DNA of 10,160 nt from Candidatus Hermodarchaeota archaeon (GTDB taxonomy: Archaea; Asgardarchaeota; Hermodarchaeia; Hermodarchaeales; Hermodarchaeaceae). The notes under the pieces are model-generated. The model made no database searches. It had not been told where the DNA came from and saw only the letters and a list, made by a program, of their open reading frames with translations. The stretch is taken from contig JAEOUH010000054.1 of NCBI GenBank assembly GCA_016839365.1, forward strand, positions 1 through 10,160. Direction: 5' to 3'. The position numbers and the translations under genes were made by a program. Positions 1 to 7,651 of this stretch are shown here, in pieces (the first letter of the stretch is position 1; every line of letters starts with the position of its first letter).

Positions 1-708
1 AACTCCAAACTTTTCTTCTATCATGACATGGGCGAAAACCATTGGCGGATTGGGCAGATTCATCTCCTGAGAGGCGATTTCATCGGTGCCCAGGAATATT
101 TCAATAAGGTTCAGCAAGCCTTCGATCAAGCTGCTGAACTAATACCTGATCTTGCAGATGTATACTCAGTATTCAGTACATTTGGAATCACCTTGGTAGG
201 ATTAGTGGATGGATTGAGCATCATCGAAAGGGGTGATTACGCTCATGCAGCCTTGCTGTTTGATGATCTAACCAAGGAATTGCAGACAGAAACTGAACGA
301 AGTCTCCGGCAACTTCGTCAACTCCTTGTTGCCTTAACGCATGTTTGTAGGTATGCTACCAGTGGAGATGCTAAACAGCGTGAAGACGCGCAATCTGAAT
401 TGGCAAGGTTGCTTAACCAATTACCTTCAGATGCTTATGAACAGCAATTACCCTACAGTCTTCACAAAACTATCCACAGACTCCAAATTTTCCTGACTGC
501 TCCAAAGTTATTCTTTCCACCGTTATTATTAGAACTTCCCCTACACGAGAAAATGATTACTATGGTCCAGGCCCGCCATATGGTAAATACTGCTCTTAGT
601 ATGTACCAAGCGACTGCTACTCAGCGCGATGTACCTACAGAAGAACCCACAGAAGATATTATTCGTACCTATGTTGCCAGAATAAGTGACATCCTCGAAG
701 ATAGATAA
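1..708 (+). CDS. TPR-like alpha-helical protein, 5'-truncated by the window edge
   Basis: The frame is open from base 1 (AAC TCC AAA... NSKLFFYHDM), so the ATG at 28 is probably internal. HWRIGQIHLLRGDFIGAQEYFNKVQQAF fits a TPR helix-pair pattern, and GLSIIERGDYAHAALLFDDL is a second such unit. Stop is TAA at 706-708. Function not recognised. Confidence 0.6.
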   Translation, partial: NSKLFFYHDMGENHWRIGQIHLLRGDFIGAQEYFNKVQQAFDQAAELIPDLADVYSVFSTFGITLVGLVDGLSIIERGDYAHAALLFDDLTKELQTETERSLRQLRQLLVALTHVCRYATSGDAKQREDAQSELARLLNQLPSDAYEQQLPYSLHKTIHRLQIFLTAPKLFFPPLLLELPLHEKMITMVQARHMVNTALSMYQATATQRDVPTEEPTEDIIRTYVARISDILEDR

Positions 709-762
709 CATGATAGAATTTTAACATATCCTGCTAGACGACAAGGGCGAAGATTTTTATTA
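708..762 (+). promoter_or_regulatory. Candidate archaeal promoter region of the pyrB-pyrI-pyrFE operon
   Basis: Two TATA-like boxes: TTTTAA at 719-724, preceded by ACATGA at 708-713 and mirrored upstream of pyrD, and purine-rich BRE-like CGAAGA (748-753) followed by TTTTTATTA (754-762). Sequence alone cannot show which one is used. Confidence 0.45.
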
Positions 763-796
763 GTACTCAGCCTTGACCCGTAAGAGAGGAGTTACG

Positions 797-1729
797 GTGT
801 CACTCAAGGTTAAGAACCTAATCAGTATTGCAGATCTCAGCACTAAGGAAATAATTATGATCCTTGATTTAGCTGACAAAATGGAGCCCATTGCCCACAG
901 CGAGAAACCTTCAAAGCTTCTTTCGGGAAAAATCCTATCCACTCTTTTTTATGAACCTTCCACTCGAACACGCCTTAGCTTCGAATCTGCTATGGCCCGG
1001 CTTGGCGGTTCCTCCATCACCGTTGCAGATGTTGGTGCTTCATCAGTGGCTAAGGGCGAATCCCTTGCTGATACGATTCGAACCGTGGATAACTATGCTG
1101 ATGTGATCGTCTTGCGGCATCCACAGGAAGGTGCTGCACAATGGGCTGCTGAAGTATCACGGGTTCCAATCATCAACGCTGGAGATGGAGCTGGGCGCCA
1201 TCCTACGCAAACTCTTCTCGATCTCTCTACAATCCGTCGCAGTCAGGGTCGGTTAAAGGATTTGAACATCGCAGTACTGGGAGACCTGCGGTTTGGCAGG
1301 ACTGTTCACTCGCTTTCCTATGCCATCACACGCTTTACAAATCGACTCTACTGCATCGCGCCACCCGGGTTAGAATTGCCCAATGAAATTGTGATGGACC
1401 TTCGTGAACAAGGAAAGGAAATCATTATGACGAGGGATTTGAAAGGCATCCTCCCTGAACTAGACGTACTCTATGTTACGCGGATTCAGAAGGAGCGATT
1501 TCCTACACCTGCTGATTATGAAAAGGTACGTGGTGTATTCCGCGTCGAAAAGAGCATGTTACAGGATGTGAAGCCCAATCTTGATATCCTTCATCCGTTA
1601 CCACGTGTTGATGAGATTGCCCCCGACGTCGATGAAACCCCCTATGCACGATATTTCAAACAGATGTTTCATGGGGTCCTTGTCCGGATGGCAATATTAT
1701 CTCTACTCTTAGAGGCGAATGTGAGATGA
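797..1729 (+). CDS. pyrB: Aspartate carbamoyltransferase catalytic subunit
   Basis: Motifs FYEPSTRTRLSF (carbamoyl-phosphate binding), KGESLADT, INAGDG..HPTQ, GRTVHSL, TRIQKERF and HPLPRVDEI. Start moved from TTG 773 to GTG 797 because GGAG (788-791) lies 5 nt upstream, giving 310 aa. Confidence 0.97.
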   Translation: MSLKVKNLISIADLSTKEIIMILDLADKMEPIAHSEKPSKLLSGKILSTLFYEPSTRTRLSFESAMARLGGSSITVADVGASSVAKGESLADTIRTVDNYADVIVLRHPQEGAAQWAAEVSRVPIINAGDGAGRHPTQTLLDLSTIRRSQGRLKDLNIAVLGDLRFGRTVHSLSYAITRFTNRLYCIAPPGLELPNEIVMDLREQGKEIIMTRDLKGILPELDVLYVTRIQKERFPTPADYEKVRGVFRVEKSMLQDVKPNLDILHPLPRVDEIAPDVDETPYARYFKQMFHGVLVRMAILSLLLEANVR

Positions 1730-2244
1730 GTTCAATTAAACCGAAATCTTCAAAATCCAAACCTAAGGAAAAGGCTGACACCTTACGTATTCAGAAAATC
1801 CAGGCGGGAACAGTTATTGACCACATCACAGCAGGCTATGCCCTCGCGGTGTTACAAATCCTTGGTATCACTGGGCAAGAAGGAGATGTTTTGAGCATCG
1901 TCATGAATGTGCAAAGTAAACGTATGGGGAAAAAGGATATTATCAAAGTTGAGGGGCGAGAAATAACTGCTGATGAAATCAACCGGATTGCCCTTGTCGC
2001 ACCACAGGCCACCATCAATATCATCCGCAACTATAAGATCTTCAGTAAGATGCGCATTGAGGTGCCTGACGAGATTATTGGAATCGTCCGATGTGAGAAC
2101 CCAAGTTGCATCACCAACAATGAACGCGGTATCAAAAGTCATTTCGGAGTAGTCGACCGATCTCCGGTCACACTTCGCTGTTTCTATTGCAAACGTATTT
2201 CTCACCATGAACATCTTATTGAGCAGCTGCAAGGTAAAAGCTAA
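1726..2244 (+). CDS. pyrI: Aspartate carbamoyltransferase regulatory subunit
   Basis: GTVIDHI, GKKDIIKVE, APQATINII and the zinc site CENPSC...CFYC. ATGA overlap with the pyrB stop; GAGG at 1712-1715 upstream. Confidence 0.97.
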   Translation: MSSIKPKSSKSKPKEKADTLRIQKIQAGTVIDHITAGYALAVLQILGITGQEGDVLSIVMNVQSKRMGKKDIIKVEGREITADEINRIALVAPQATINIIRNYKIFSKMRIEVPDEIIGIVRCENPSCITNNERGIKSHFGVVDRSPVTLRCFYCKRISHHEHLIEQLQGKS

Positions 2245-2276
2245 CTCTGAAGAGGTTATGCTGGAGGGTCAACTCT

Positions 2277-3671
2277 ATGGTAAAACTAATTGGACAAACA
2301 TTCATTCAAGAACTGGAAAAGCGGGTCAAGGCTCATCATACAAGAGTAATCCATGCCCTCGACCTAGCAAATACACTTCCCCCAAATGCTCCAGACTCCA
2401 AAAGAAAGGCTCTTATCGAACAAGCCTGTCATCTCGCAACAGCTGTCGCCCCCCATGTGGTTGCGATAAAACTGAATTATCCGCTCGTACTTGCTGTAGG
2501 TTTAGAAATTGCCCACCAGATGAAGCTTATCGTTCCCGAAATTCCTCTCATTGCTGACTTCAAAGTCGCTGATATCGATAACACGAATGCCTGGATTGCT
2601 CGTCACACATTTGCTGCTGGGTTCGATGCAATCATCGTTCAAGGGTTCATTGGAAGCGATGCAATCCAAGGGGTCGTACAAGAAGCCAAGAAAGCTGATG
2701 ACCGGGGGATCATCCTCGTCGTGGACATGAGTCATCCAGGATCAGCTCAATTCATTCACCCCGAGACACCTCGATTGGTGGACCTTGCAAAGCAAATGCA
2801 GGTTACCGGAGTGATTGCCCCAGGCACACGACCTGCCCATGTCCGGGCTATCCGCAATCAGATCGGAACAGCACCACTTATTCTGGCTCCTGGAGTCGGT
2901 GCCCAAGGAGGCAAACCCGGCTCAGCAATCGCTGCAGGCGCCAATTACGAAATTATAGGGCGCTCCATCTACACAGCAAAAAACCCTGCCATGACAGCAA
3001 AAGAATTCGCTTTTCAAACCTTTGCTGCTAAATCTCAATTAAAGCCTCTTCCTGAAGAAGAAGCTGAGCTTGTAAGAGCTGTCGCGGTTTTACTGCATAG
3101 CGTCGGAGCCATCCAGTTCGGTGATTTCACTCTCGCATCAGGCAAGAAAAGTCCCTATTACATCGATCTTCGCGTCATTCCTTCTTTTCCTATGGAGTTC
3201 AAGGCATTAACCGATCTGTTTACGCAATGGATAACAGGTTATTCAAAAATACAGTTCACCCGAATCGCTGGGGTTCCTACTGCAGGCATCTCGTTCGCAA
3301 CTGCATTGGGTAACCGCCTGAATATGCCTGTGTTGTATATTAGGAAACACCCTAAGAAGTATGGGCGGCAGAAACGCGTGGAAGGCATCCTTGAAAAGGG
3401 GGACCAAGTCTTGGTAATTGATGATCTTATCACGGATGGTGGAAGCAAACTCGAAGCGGTTGAGGCGCTGAGAGAAGCTGGTGCGAAGGTCACTGATGTA
3501 CTCGTTGTAGTTGATCGAGAACAGGGGGGCGCAGAACAGCTGAAAAAGGAAAAAATAACACTGCATACGCTAGCCTCGATTTCTCCGATTATCAAAGCTC
3601 TCGAAAGGGAAAAACGTCTTTCAGCAGCTGACGCTAAACGGATTTTAGCCTACATAGCCAATCCCGACTAG
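2277..3671 (+). CDS. pyrFE: Bifunctional OMP decarboxylase (N-terminal) / orotate phosphoribosyltransferase (C-terminal); reverse-order UMP synthase
   Basis: The N-terminal ~250 aa has ALD, IKLN, DFKVADIDNT (DxKxxD catalytic motif), MSHPG, PGVGAQGG and IIGRSIY. The C-terminal ~200 aa has FGDFTLASGKKSPYYIDLR, RKHPKKYG and VLVIDDLITDGGS (PRPP loop). One uninterrupted frame; RBS GGAGGGT at 2263-2269. Confidence 0.95.
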   Translation: MVKLIGQTFIQELEKRVKAHHTRVIHALDLANTLPPNAPDSKRKALIEQACHLATAVAPHVVAIKLNYPLVLAVGLEIAHQMKLIVPEIPLIADFKVADIDNTNAWIARHTFAAGFDAIIVQGFIGSDAIQGVVQEAKKADDRGIILVVDMSHPGSAQFIHPETPRLVDLAKQMQVTGVIAPGTRPAHVRAIRNQIGTAPLILAPGVGAQGGKPGSAIAAGANYEIIGRSIYTAKNPAMTAKEFAFQTFAAKSQLKPLPEEEAELVRAVAVLLHSVGAIQFGDFTLASGKKSPYYIDLRVIPSFPMEFKALTDLFTQWITGYSKIQFTRIAGVPTAGISFATALGNRLNMPVLYIRKHPKKYGRQKRVEGILEKGDQVLVIDDLITDGGSKLEAVEALREAGAKVTDVLVVVDREQGGAEQLKKEKITLHTLASISPIIKALEREKRLSAADAKRILAYIANPD

Positions 3672-3673
3672 TT

Positions 3674-4378
3674 CTATTTGATGGTTTGACTTTTCTCATG
3701 TTTCAGCAGTCGCTGTCCAAGAATGGCGATAACGGTGACGCCAAAATAGCCTAATAGAAACGCAAGTGGGTAATGGACGAGCTCGAAGGGTAGTAAGCCC
3801 ACAGCAGGAGCCCATAATTCGACAAAGATCCTGAAAAGGTTACCAAGGACAATGATGCAGACTGCTAGGATTCCGACAATGAGTCGATCGGGTTTCAGGT
3901 CACGGTTCGTATCAGCCAAGAAAAGAAGGACCAAACAGGGAATAAGGGCCATGAGACCTGCACAGCCGTTGTCAATTTCCCCACCAACAATCCGATTCGT
4001 CACTGCCTCTCGGACAAAGATGACGACTTGAACTCCCCCAAAGTGAGGATTAAATTGCTGTATGGAACCGATTCCCATCAACTGGAGAAGACTTGCTGTT
4101 GTGTTCGAATAGAACCCTTGAACTGGCCAGAAATCTATGAAGATCACAAGTATCGATGACACAATGAGGGTCAAAATTAGTTTCACATCGTTGTTAGGCC
4201 GGAAGGCACGGGATGTCTGAAATAGTAGTACTATGCCCAGGACTATGAGGGCTAAAGAAAACGGAGTTAGTGGGCTTGGAGGAAGCGCATAGATAAATCC
4301 TCCCGCTATGATGAGGATGGTTCCCACAAGAAAAAGTAGCCATGAAGAATAGCCTGCAAGTAGATTCGATTGCTTCAC
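3674..4378 (-). CDS. Exosortase/archaeosortase family membrane protein (putative transpeptidase)
   Basis: Multi-pass membrane protein with the family triad in order: Cys139 (EIDNGCAGL), Asn180-x-x-Arg183 (GNLFRIF) and His202 (FELVHYPL). GTG start with TGAGGT RBS at 4390-4385. Confidence 0.85.
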   Translation of the reverse strand: MKQSNLLAGYSSWLLFLVGTILIIAGGFIYALPPSPLTPFSLALIVLGIVLLFQTSRAFRPNNDVKLILTLIVSSILVIFIDFWPVQGFYSNTTASLLQLMGIGSIQQFNPHFGGVQVVIFVREAVTNRIVGGEIDNGCAGLMALIPCLVLLFLADTNRDLKPDRLIVGILAVCIIVLGNLFRIFVELWAPAVGLLPFELVHYPLAFLLGYFGVTVIAILGQRLLKHEKSQTIK

Positions 4379-4403
4379 TGTGCTACCTCAGTATTATGGT
4401 TTT

Positions 4404-5294
4404 CTAGCCCTCGCAGCTTTCGTCGCTAGCATCAATGGGAAGCCGTTTTCCTGTACTGTCACGTTTCCATTGACCAAAATCTGTCTGTCGCAGGATTTTT
4501 GCATCAAATACGGGCCCCTCTAAACATACTCGAGTTCCATGATTGTCAATGATGCAATGGCCACATAACCCGATACCACATTTCATGTAACGCTCTAAAC
4601 TGACCTGTAACGGAATAGGATAGTTGGAGAGTAATTCTGCCAGACTTGTTAACATTCCCTCGGGTCCACAGGCCAAACACGCTGAATAACGGGGGTCGAT
4701 ATCTAGGTGAAAGGCTGCTGCATTGACAGATGTGCCTTGGATTCCATCAGATCCATCATCGGTTGCAATGATTACCTTCTGGGCCTGCTCTTCAAATCGT
4801 TCTTGAAATAAAAGGTCAGACCGCGTAGTAGCCCCTAAAGCCACGTGAACCTCGTGTCCCTTTCTCACCGCCCATTCCGTCGCAAAGGCGATGGGGGGTG
4901 AACCACATCCACCAGCGACACATAGTAGTGGTCCTTTGTCAATGGATCGGGGGAACTTGAACCCTTGTCCCAGTGGTCCACGAAGGCCTATGAGATCGCC
5001 TTCTTTCATTCTATGTAACGCAGCAGTCGCCTCTCCTACCTTGGCTGCGGCAAATTCCACTATCCCCAAGGAATTTTGAACTGCGGATATACTCATAGGA
5101 ATTTCATCGAATCCAGGAATCCAGACCATCACAAATTGTCCAGGTACAGCAGTACGTGCGATATTAGTGGCCTTAAGAGTAAAGGCTTTGGTTCTAGGGG
5201 TTACTTGTCGAATTTGCTGAATTGGTTTAACAAAAGGCCGAAGACCATGGGCTAGCTTTGCAGGATTCTTTTTTACTGTTTTATTAGGTGTCAT
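4404..5294 (-). CDS. pyrK: Dihydroorotate dehydrogenase electron transfer subunit (FAD/[2Fe-2S])
   Basis: PGQFVMVW..DEIPMSIS, LRGPLGQGF, VAGGCG, ACGPEGM and the 2Fe-2S motif ERYMKCGIGLCGHC...VCLEGPVF. ATGA overlap with the pyrC stop; same operon as a family 1B pyrD. Confidence 0.93.
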   Translation of the reverse strand: MTPNKTVKKNPAKLAHGLRPFVKPIQQIRQVTPRTKAFTLKATNIARTAVPGQFVMVWIPGFDEIPMSISAVQNSLGIVEFAAAKVGEATAALHRMKEGDLIGLRGPLGQGFKFPRSIDKGPLLCVAGGCGSPPIAFATEWAVRKGHEVHVALGATTRSDLLFQERFEEQAQKVIIATDDGSDGIQGTSVNAAAFHLDIDPRYSACLACGPEGMLTSLAELLSNYPIPLQVSLERYMKCGIGLCGHCIIDNHGTRVCLEGPVFDAKILRQTDFGQWKRDSTGKRLPIDASDESCEG

Positions 5295-6610
5295 TCGAGG
5301 TCACTTTCAAAAATCGTTTGGCCAGCGAGAACGGTTTGACATATTTTCCCCCTGACTTTCCACCCTTCGTAGGGGGTAAGGGTGGCTTTGCTATGGAGCT
5401 TATCGCCACGTATGGAATATTGTGCTTTATGGTCGAAGAGCACTAGATCTGCATCAGCTCCTACTTCGAATTGTCCTTTTTCAATCCATTGGGTGTTACG
5501 AATCCCAAACCACACTGCAGGGTTGAGGGCCATCATACGGGTAAGGTGTGAAATGGTCATTTCGGCGTCATGAACTAACTTTGTGTACATAAGTGGGAGC
5601 ATGGTCTCAACGCCAATTATGCCAGCAGGAGCCGAGGCAAAATCTGCATCTGCCCCACTTTTTTCCGTTGCAGTATGTGGGGCATGATCTGAAGCGATGA
5701 TTTTAATCTGGTCAGCAAAACAGGCGTTAAGGAGTGCTTCTGTATCTGATTTGGACCGTAAGGGTGGGTAACATTTCGCGATGGGGCCGATTTCCGCTAG
5801 GTCCTTGACCGTGAGGAGCAGATGATGTGGAGTGACTTCAGTGGTCACAGGAATCCCCTTATGCCATGCAGCAAGAATTCGCCGAAAACCTGCAGCTGTC
5901 GATAAATGGCAAATATGAAATCCACACACTGGAGGGTTTGCCAGCAGTTGCTCAATGGCTAGTACTTCTGCCTCCGGTGGTCGACTCGCGAGAAATGCAT
6001 ATGATGAACCATCCGTCGGTGTATACAGTAATTTTGGCTCTTCGGCATGGACCGTTATAAGGTGACCCAAGGGGGCTAAAAGGGGGAGATAGATGGCTTC
6101 ATGGTGGGGCATGTAAATCTTGAATGACACAATTCCTCCTTCAATGAGTTGCTGTGCCATATCGATGATCATTACCTCATCCTTCTCATTCAAGGTGGTT
6201 TTCATATTATCTGTCCGATATGGACCACCATGAAAGGCAAAATCGACCAAACAATTTCTTGAAGCAAGATCAATTTTTTCTTGAAGTCGTTCAGGGGTAG
6301 TGGTCGGCGGGTTGGTATTGGGCATATCAATGATTGTAGTCACACCACCAGCAGCTGCTGCCAACGACCCCGAGGCAAAATCCTCCTTGGCGGAAAATCC
6401 AGGGTCACGGAAATGCACATGAACGTCCACAAGCCCTGGTAAGACCAGATAGCCGGAGGCATCAATAACCTCACTTGCCTGTTCCGACTTAGATAAGGCT
6501 GGTTTGACTATCGCGGTGATAATTCCATCATCAATTAACAAGTCGGCTTCTTCAACACGGTCTGGTAACACTAGGCGGCCATTAACTACTTTGAGATCGT
6601 GAACAGCCAT
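5291..6610 (-). CDS. pyrC: Dihydroorotase (long type, amidohydrolase superfamily)
   Basis: DVHVHFRDPG (metal HxH plus substrate-binding Arg), DMPNT, SFKIYM (candidate carboxylated Lys), HAE, HICHLST, EVTPHHL, PPLR and SDHAPH. RBS GAGGTGA at 6627-6621; lies between pyrD and pyrK. Confidence 0.92.
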   Translation of the reverse strand: MAVHDLKVVNGRLVLPDRVEEADLLIDDGIITAIVKPALSKSEQASEVIDASGYLVLPGLVDVHVHFRDPGFSAKEDFASGSLAAAAGGVTTIIDMPNTNPPTTTPERLQEKIDLASRNCLVDFAFHGGPYRTDNMKTTLNEKDEVMIIDMAQQLIEGGIVSFKIYMPHHEAIYLPLLAPLGHLITVHAEEPKLLYTPTDGSSYAFLASRPPEAEVLAIEQLLANPPVCGFHICHLSTAAGFRRILAAWHKGIPVTTEVTPHHLLLTVKDLAEIGPIAKCYPPLRSKSDTEALLNACFADQIKIIASDHAPHTATEKSGADADFASAPAGIIGVETMLPLMYTKLVHDAEMTISHLTRMMALNPAVWFGIRNTQWIEKGQFEVGADADLVLFDHKAQYSIRGDKLHSKATLTPYEGWKVRGKICQTVLAGQTIFESDLE

Positions 6611-6612
6611 CC

Positions 6613-7578
6613 TTAGGAGTTCACCTCAAACTTCGCCATTTGACCCGTCAATTCGCTAACATGTTTAATGTTGTATTCTGTGAGATACACCCCGATTTCA
6701 TTACACACTTTTGAGAAAATCGCCCTTCCTCGTGTTAAAACTCCAGTTCCAATTTCGACTGCAGTAGCGCCAGCTAGTAAGTATTCAATGGCATCTTGAC
6801 CAGTCAAAATCCCTCCAACTCCTATAATCGGAATATTCATACCAGCGTTATGTAGCTCCCAAACAGCACGAAGCGCTATGGGTTTGATTGCTGGTCCTGA
6901 TAGACCACCAATTCCAGCGCCTAATAAGGGTCTGCGTGCATCAACATCGATGGCGAGGGCGGGTAAGGTATTCAGAGCGACAAGTGCTGCAGCTCCTGCA
7001 GTTTGGGCTGCCTTTGCAACCTGGATTAATCGCGGATAATCGGTTGACCCAGGTAGTTTGACCCAGATTGGTACTTGTTTTTCTGTTTGCTCCACGACTT
7101 CGCTGACTACTTCAGCGACCGCATCAGGATCCATCCCCAGCAGGTATAAGGACCCTACATGAGGGCATGAGATATTGAGCTCAACAGCTGATACTCCAGC
7201 CTTTGCGAGGTGGGTGGCGACTCGGGCGAACTCTTTGGGTGAGGTGCCTAACGCGCTGCCGATAACAGGTATTTCCTGCTTGACTACGGCTTTGATTTCT
7301 GGTATATAGTCACGAATTCCAGGATTCGGTATTCCCATGGCGTTCATCATGCTATCACCGTGGAGTCCAACAACCCGTGGGCCAGGGTGGCCAGAACGTG
7401 GTTTCCATCCCACAGTTTTGGTCACTACAGCTCCAGCACCAAAATTACTAGCGCTGATGAGTCCACCTGCAGCAACACCCAAGACCCCTGAAGCTAAGAT
7501 AGTGGGATTCTCGAGTTCAACCGTGCCGATTTTTACTTTCAATCGAGAATCTGGTTTCGCTTCAGTTTCTGACGTCAC
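6613..7578 (-). CDS. pyrD: Dihydroorotate dehydrogenase family 1B catalytic subunit
   Basis: NPTILASG, VTKT, NAMGIPNPG, ELNISCPH (catalytic Cys), NTL, GGLSGPAIKPIAL and IIGVGGI. GTG start with GGAG at 7593-7590; 2-bp gap to pyrC. Confidence 0.95.
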   Translation of the reverse strand: MTSETEAKPDSRLKVKIGTVELENPTILASGVLGVAAGGLISASNFGAGAVVTKTVGWKPRSGHPGPRVVGLHGDSMMNAMGIPNPGIRDYIPEIKAVVKQEIPVIGSALGTSPKEFARVATHLAKAGVSAVELNISCPHVGSLYLLGMDPDAVAEVVSEVVEQTEKQVPIWVKLPGSTDYPRLIQVAKAAQTAGAAALVALNTLPALAIDVDARRPLLGAGIGGLSGPAIKPIALRAVWELHNAGMNIPIIGVGGILTGQDAIEYLLAGATAVEIGTGVLTRGRAIFSKVCNEIGVYLTEYNIKHVSELTGQMAKFEVNS

Positions 7579-7629
7579 AACGTTCGATTCTCCAATTTCT
7601 GCCGTTTTCCCTACTGCCTTGTAAGTTGT

Positions 7630-7651
7630 TATGATTAAAACATTGTCATGT
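7630..7651 (-). promoter_or_regulatory. Candidate archaeal promoter of pyrD-pyrC-pyrK-archaeosortase
   Basis: The minus strand reads ACATGACAATGTTTTAATCATA, with TATA-like TTTTAA at 7640-7635, about 60 nt upstream of the pyrD start. The same layout occurs upstream of pyrB. Confidence 0.5.

Noticed and set aside
773-796. TTG start for pyrB at 773
   Set aside because: No RBS upstream and it overlaps the promoter region; GTG 797 has a well-spaced GGAG and gives a normal length.
709-796. PyrR-binding or UTP-sensing attenuator before pyrB
   Set aside because: No PyrR-binding loop consensus, leader peptide or terminator hairpin in this short region.
760-3595. Alternative-frame and antisense ORFs 760-942, 891-1106, 1836-2030, 1852-2232, 2207-2557, 2502-2735, 3239-3595, 3243-3566
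   Set aside because: They lie wholly or mostly within well-supported pyr genes and show no recognisable motifs; treated as shadow ORFs.
5291-6610. Allantoinase/hydantoinase assignment suggested by KCYPPLR
   Set aside because: HVHFRDPG and DMPNT retain the dihydroorotase substrate-binding Arg and Asn (allantoinases have HxNEPG and DMPLN), and the gene sits between pyrD and pyrK.
4404-7578. Reductive pyrimidine catabolism (PreA/PreT plus dihydropyrimidinase) or a hydrogenase gamma subunit
   Set aside because: PyrD lacks the C-terminal ferredoxin domain of PreA, the partner is PyrK-type rather than GltD-like, and the context is biosynthetic.
4891-7624. Plus-strand ORFs 4891-5079, 5382-5573, 5866-6060, 7337-7624
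   Set aside because: Antisense shadows of pyrK, pyrC and pyrD.
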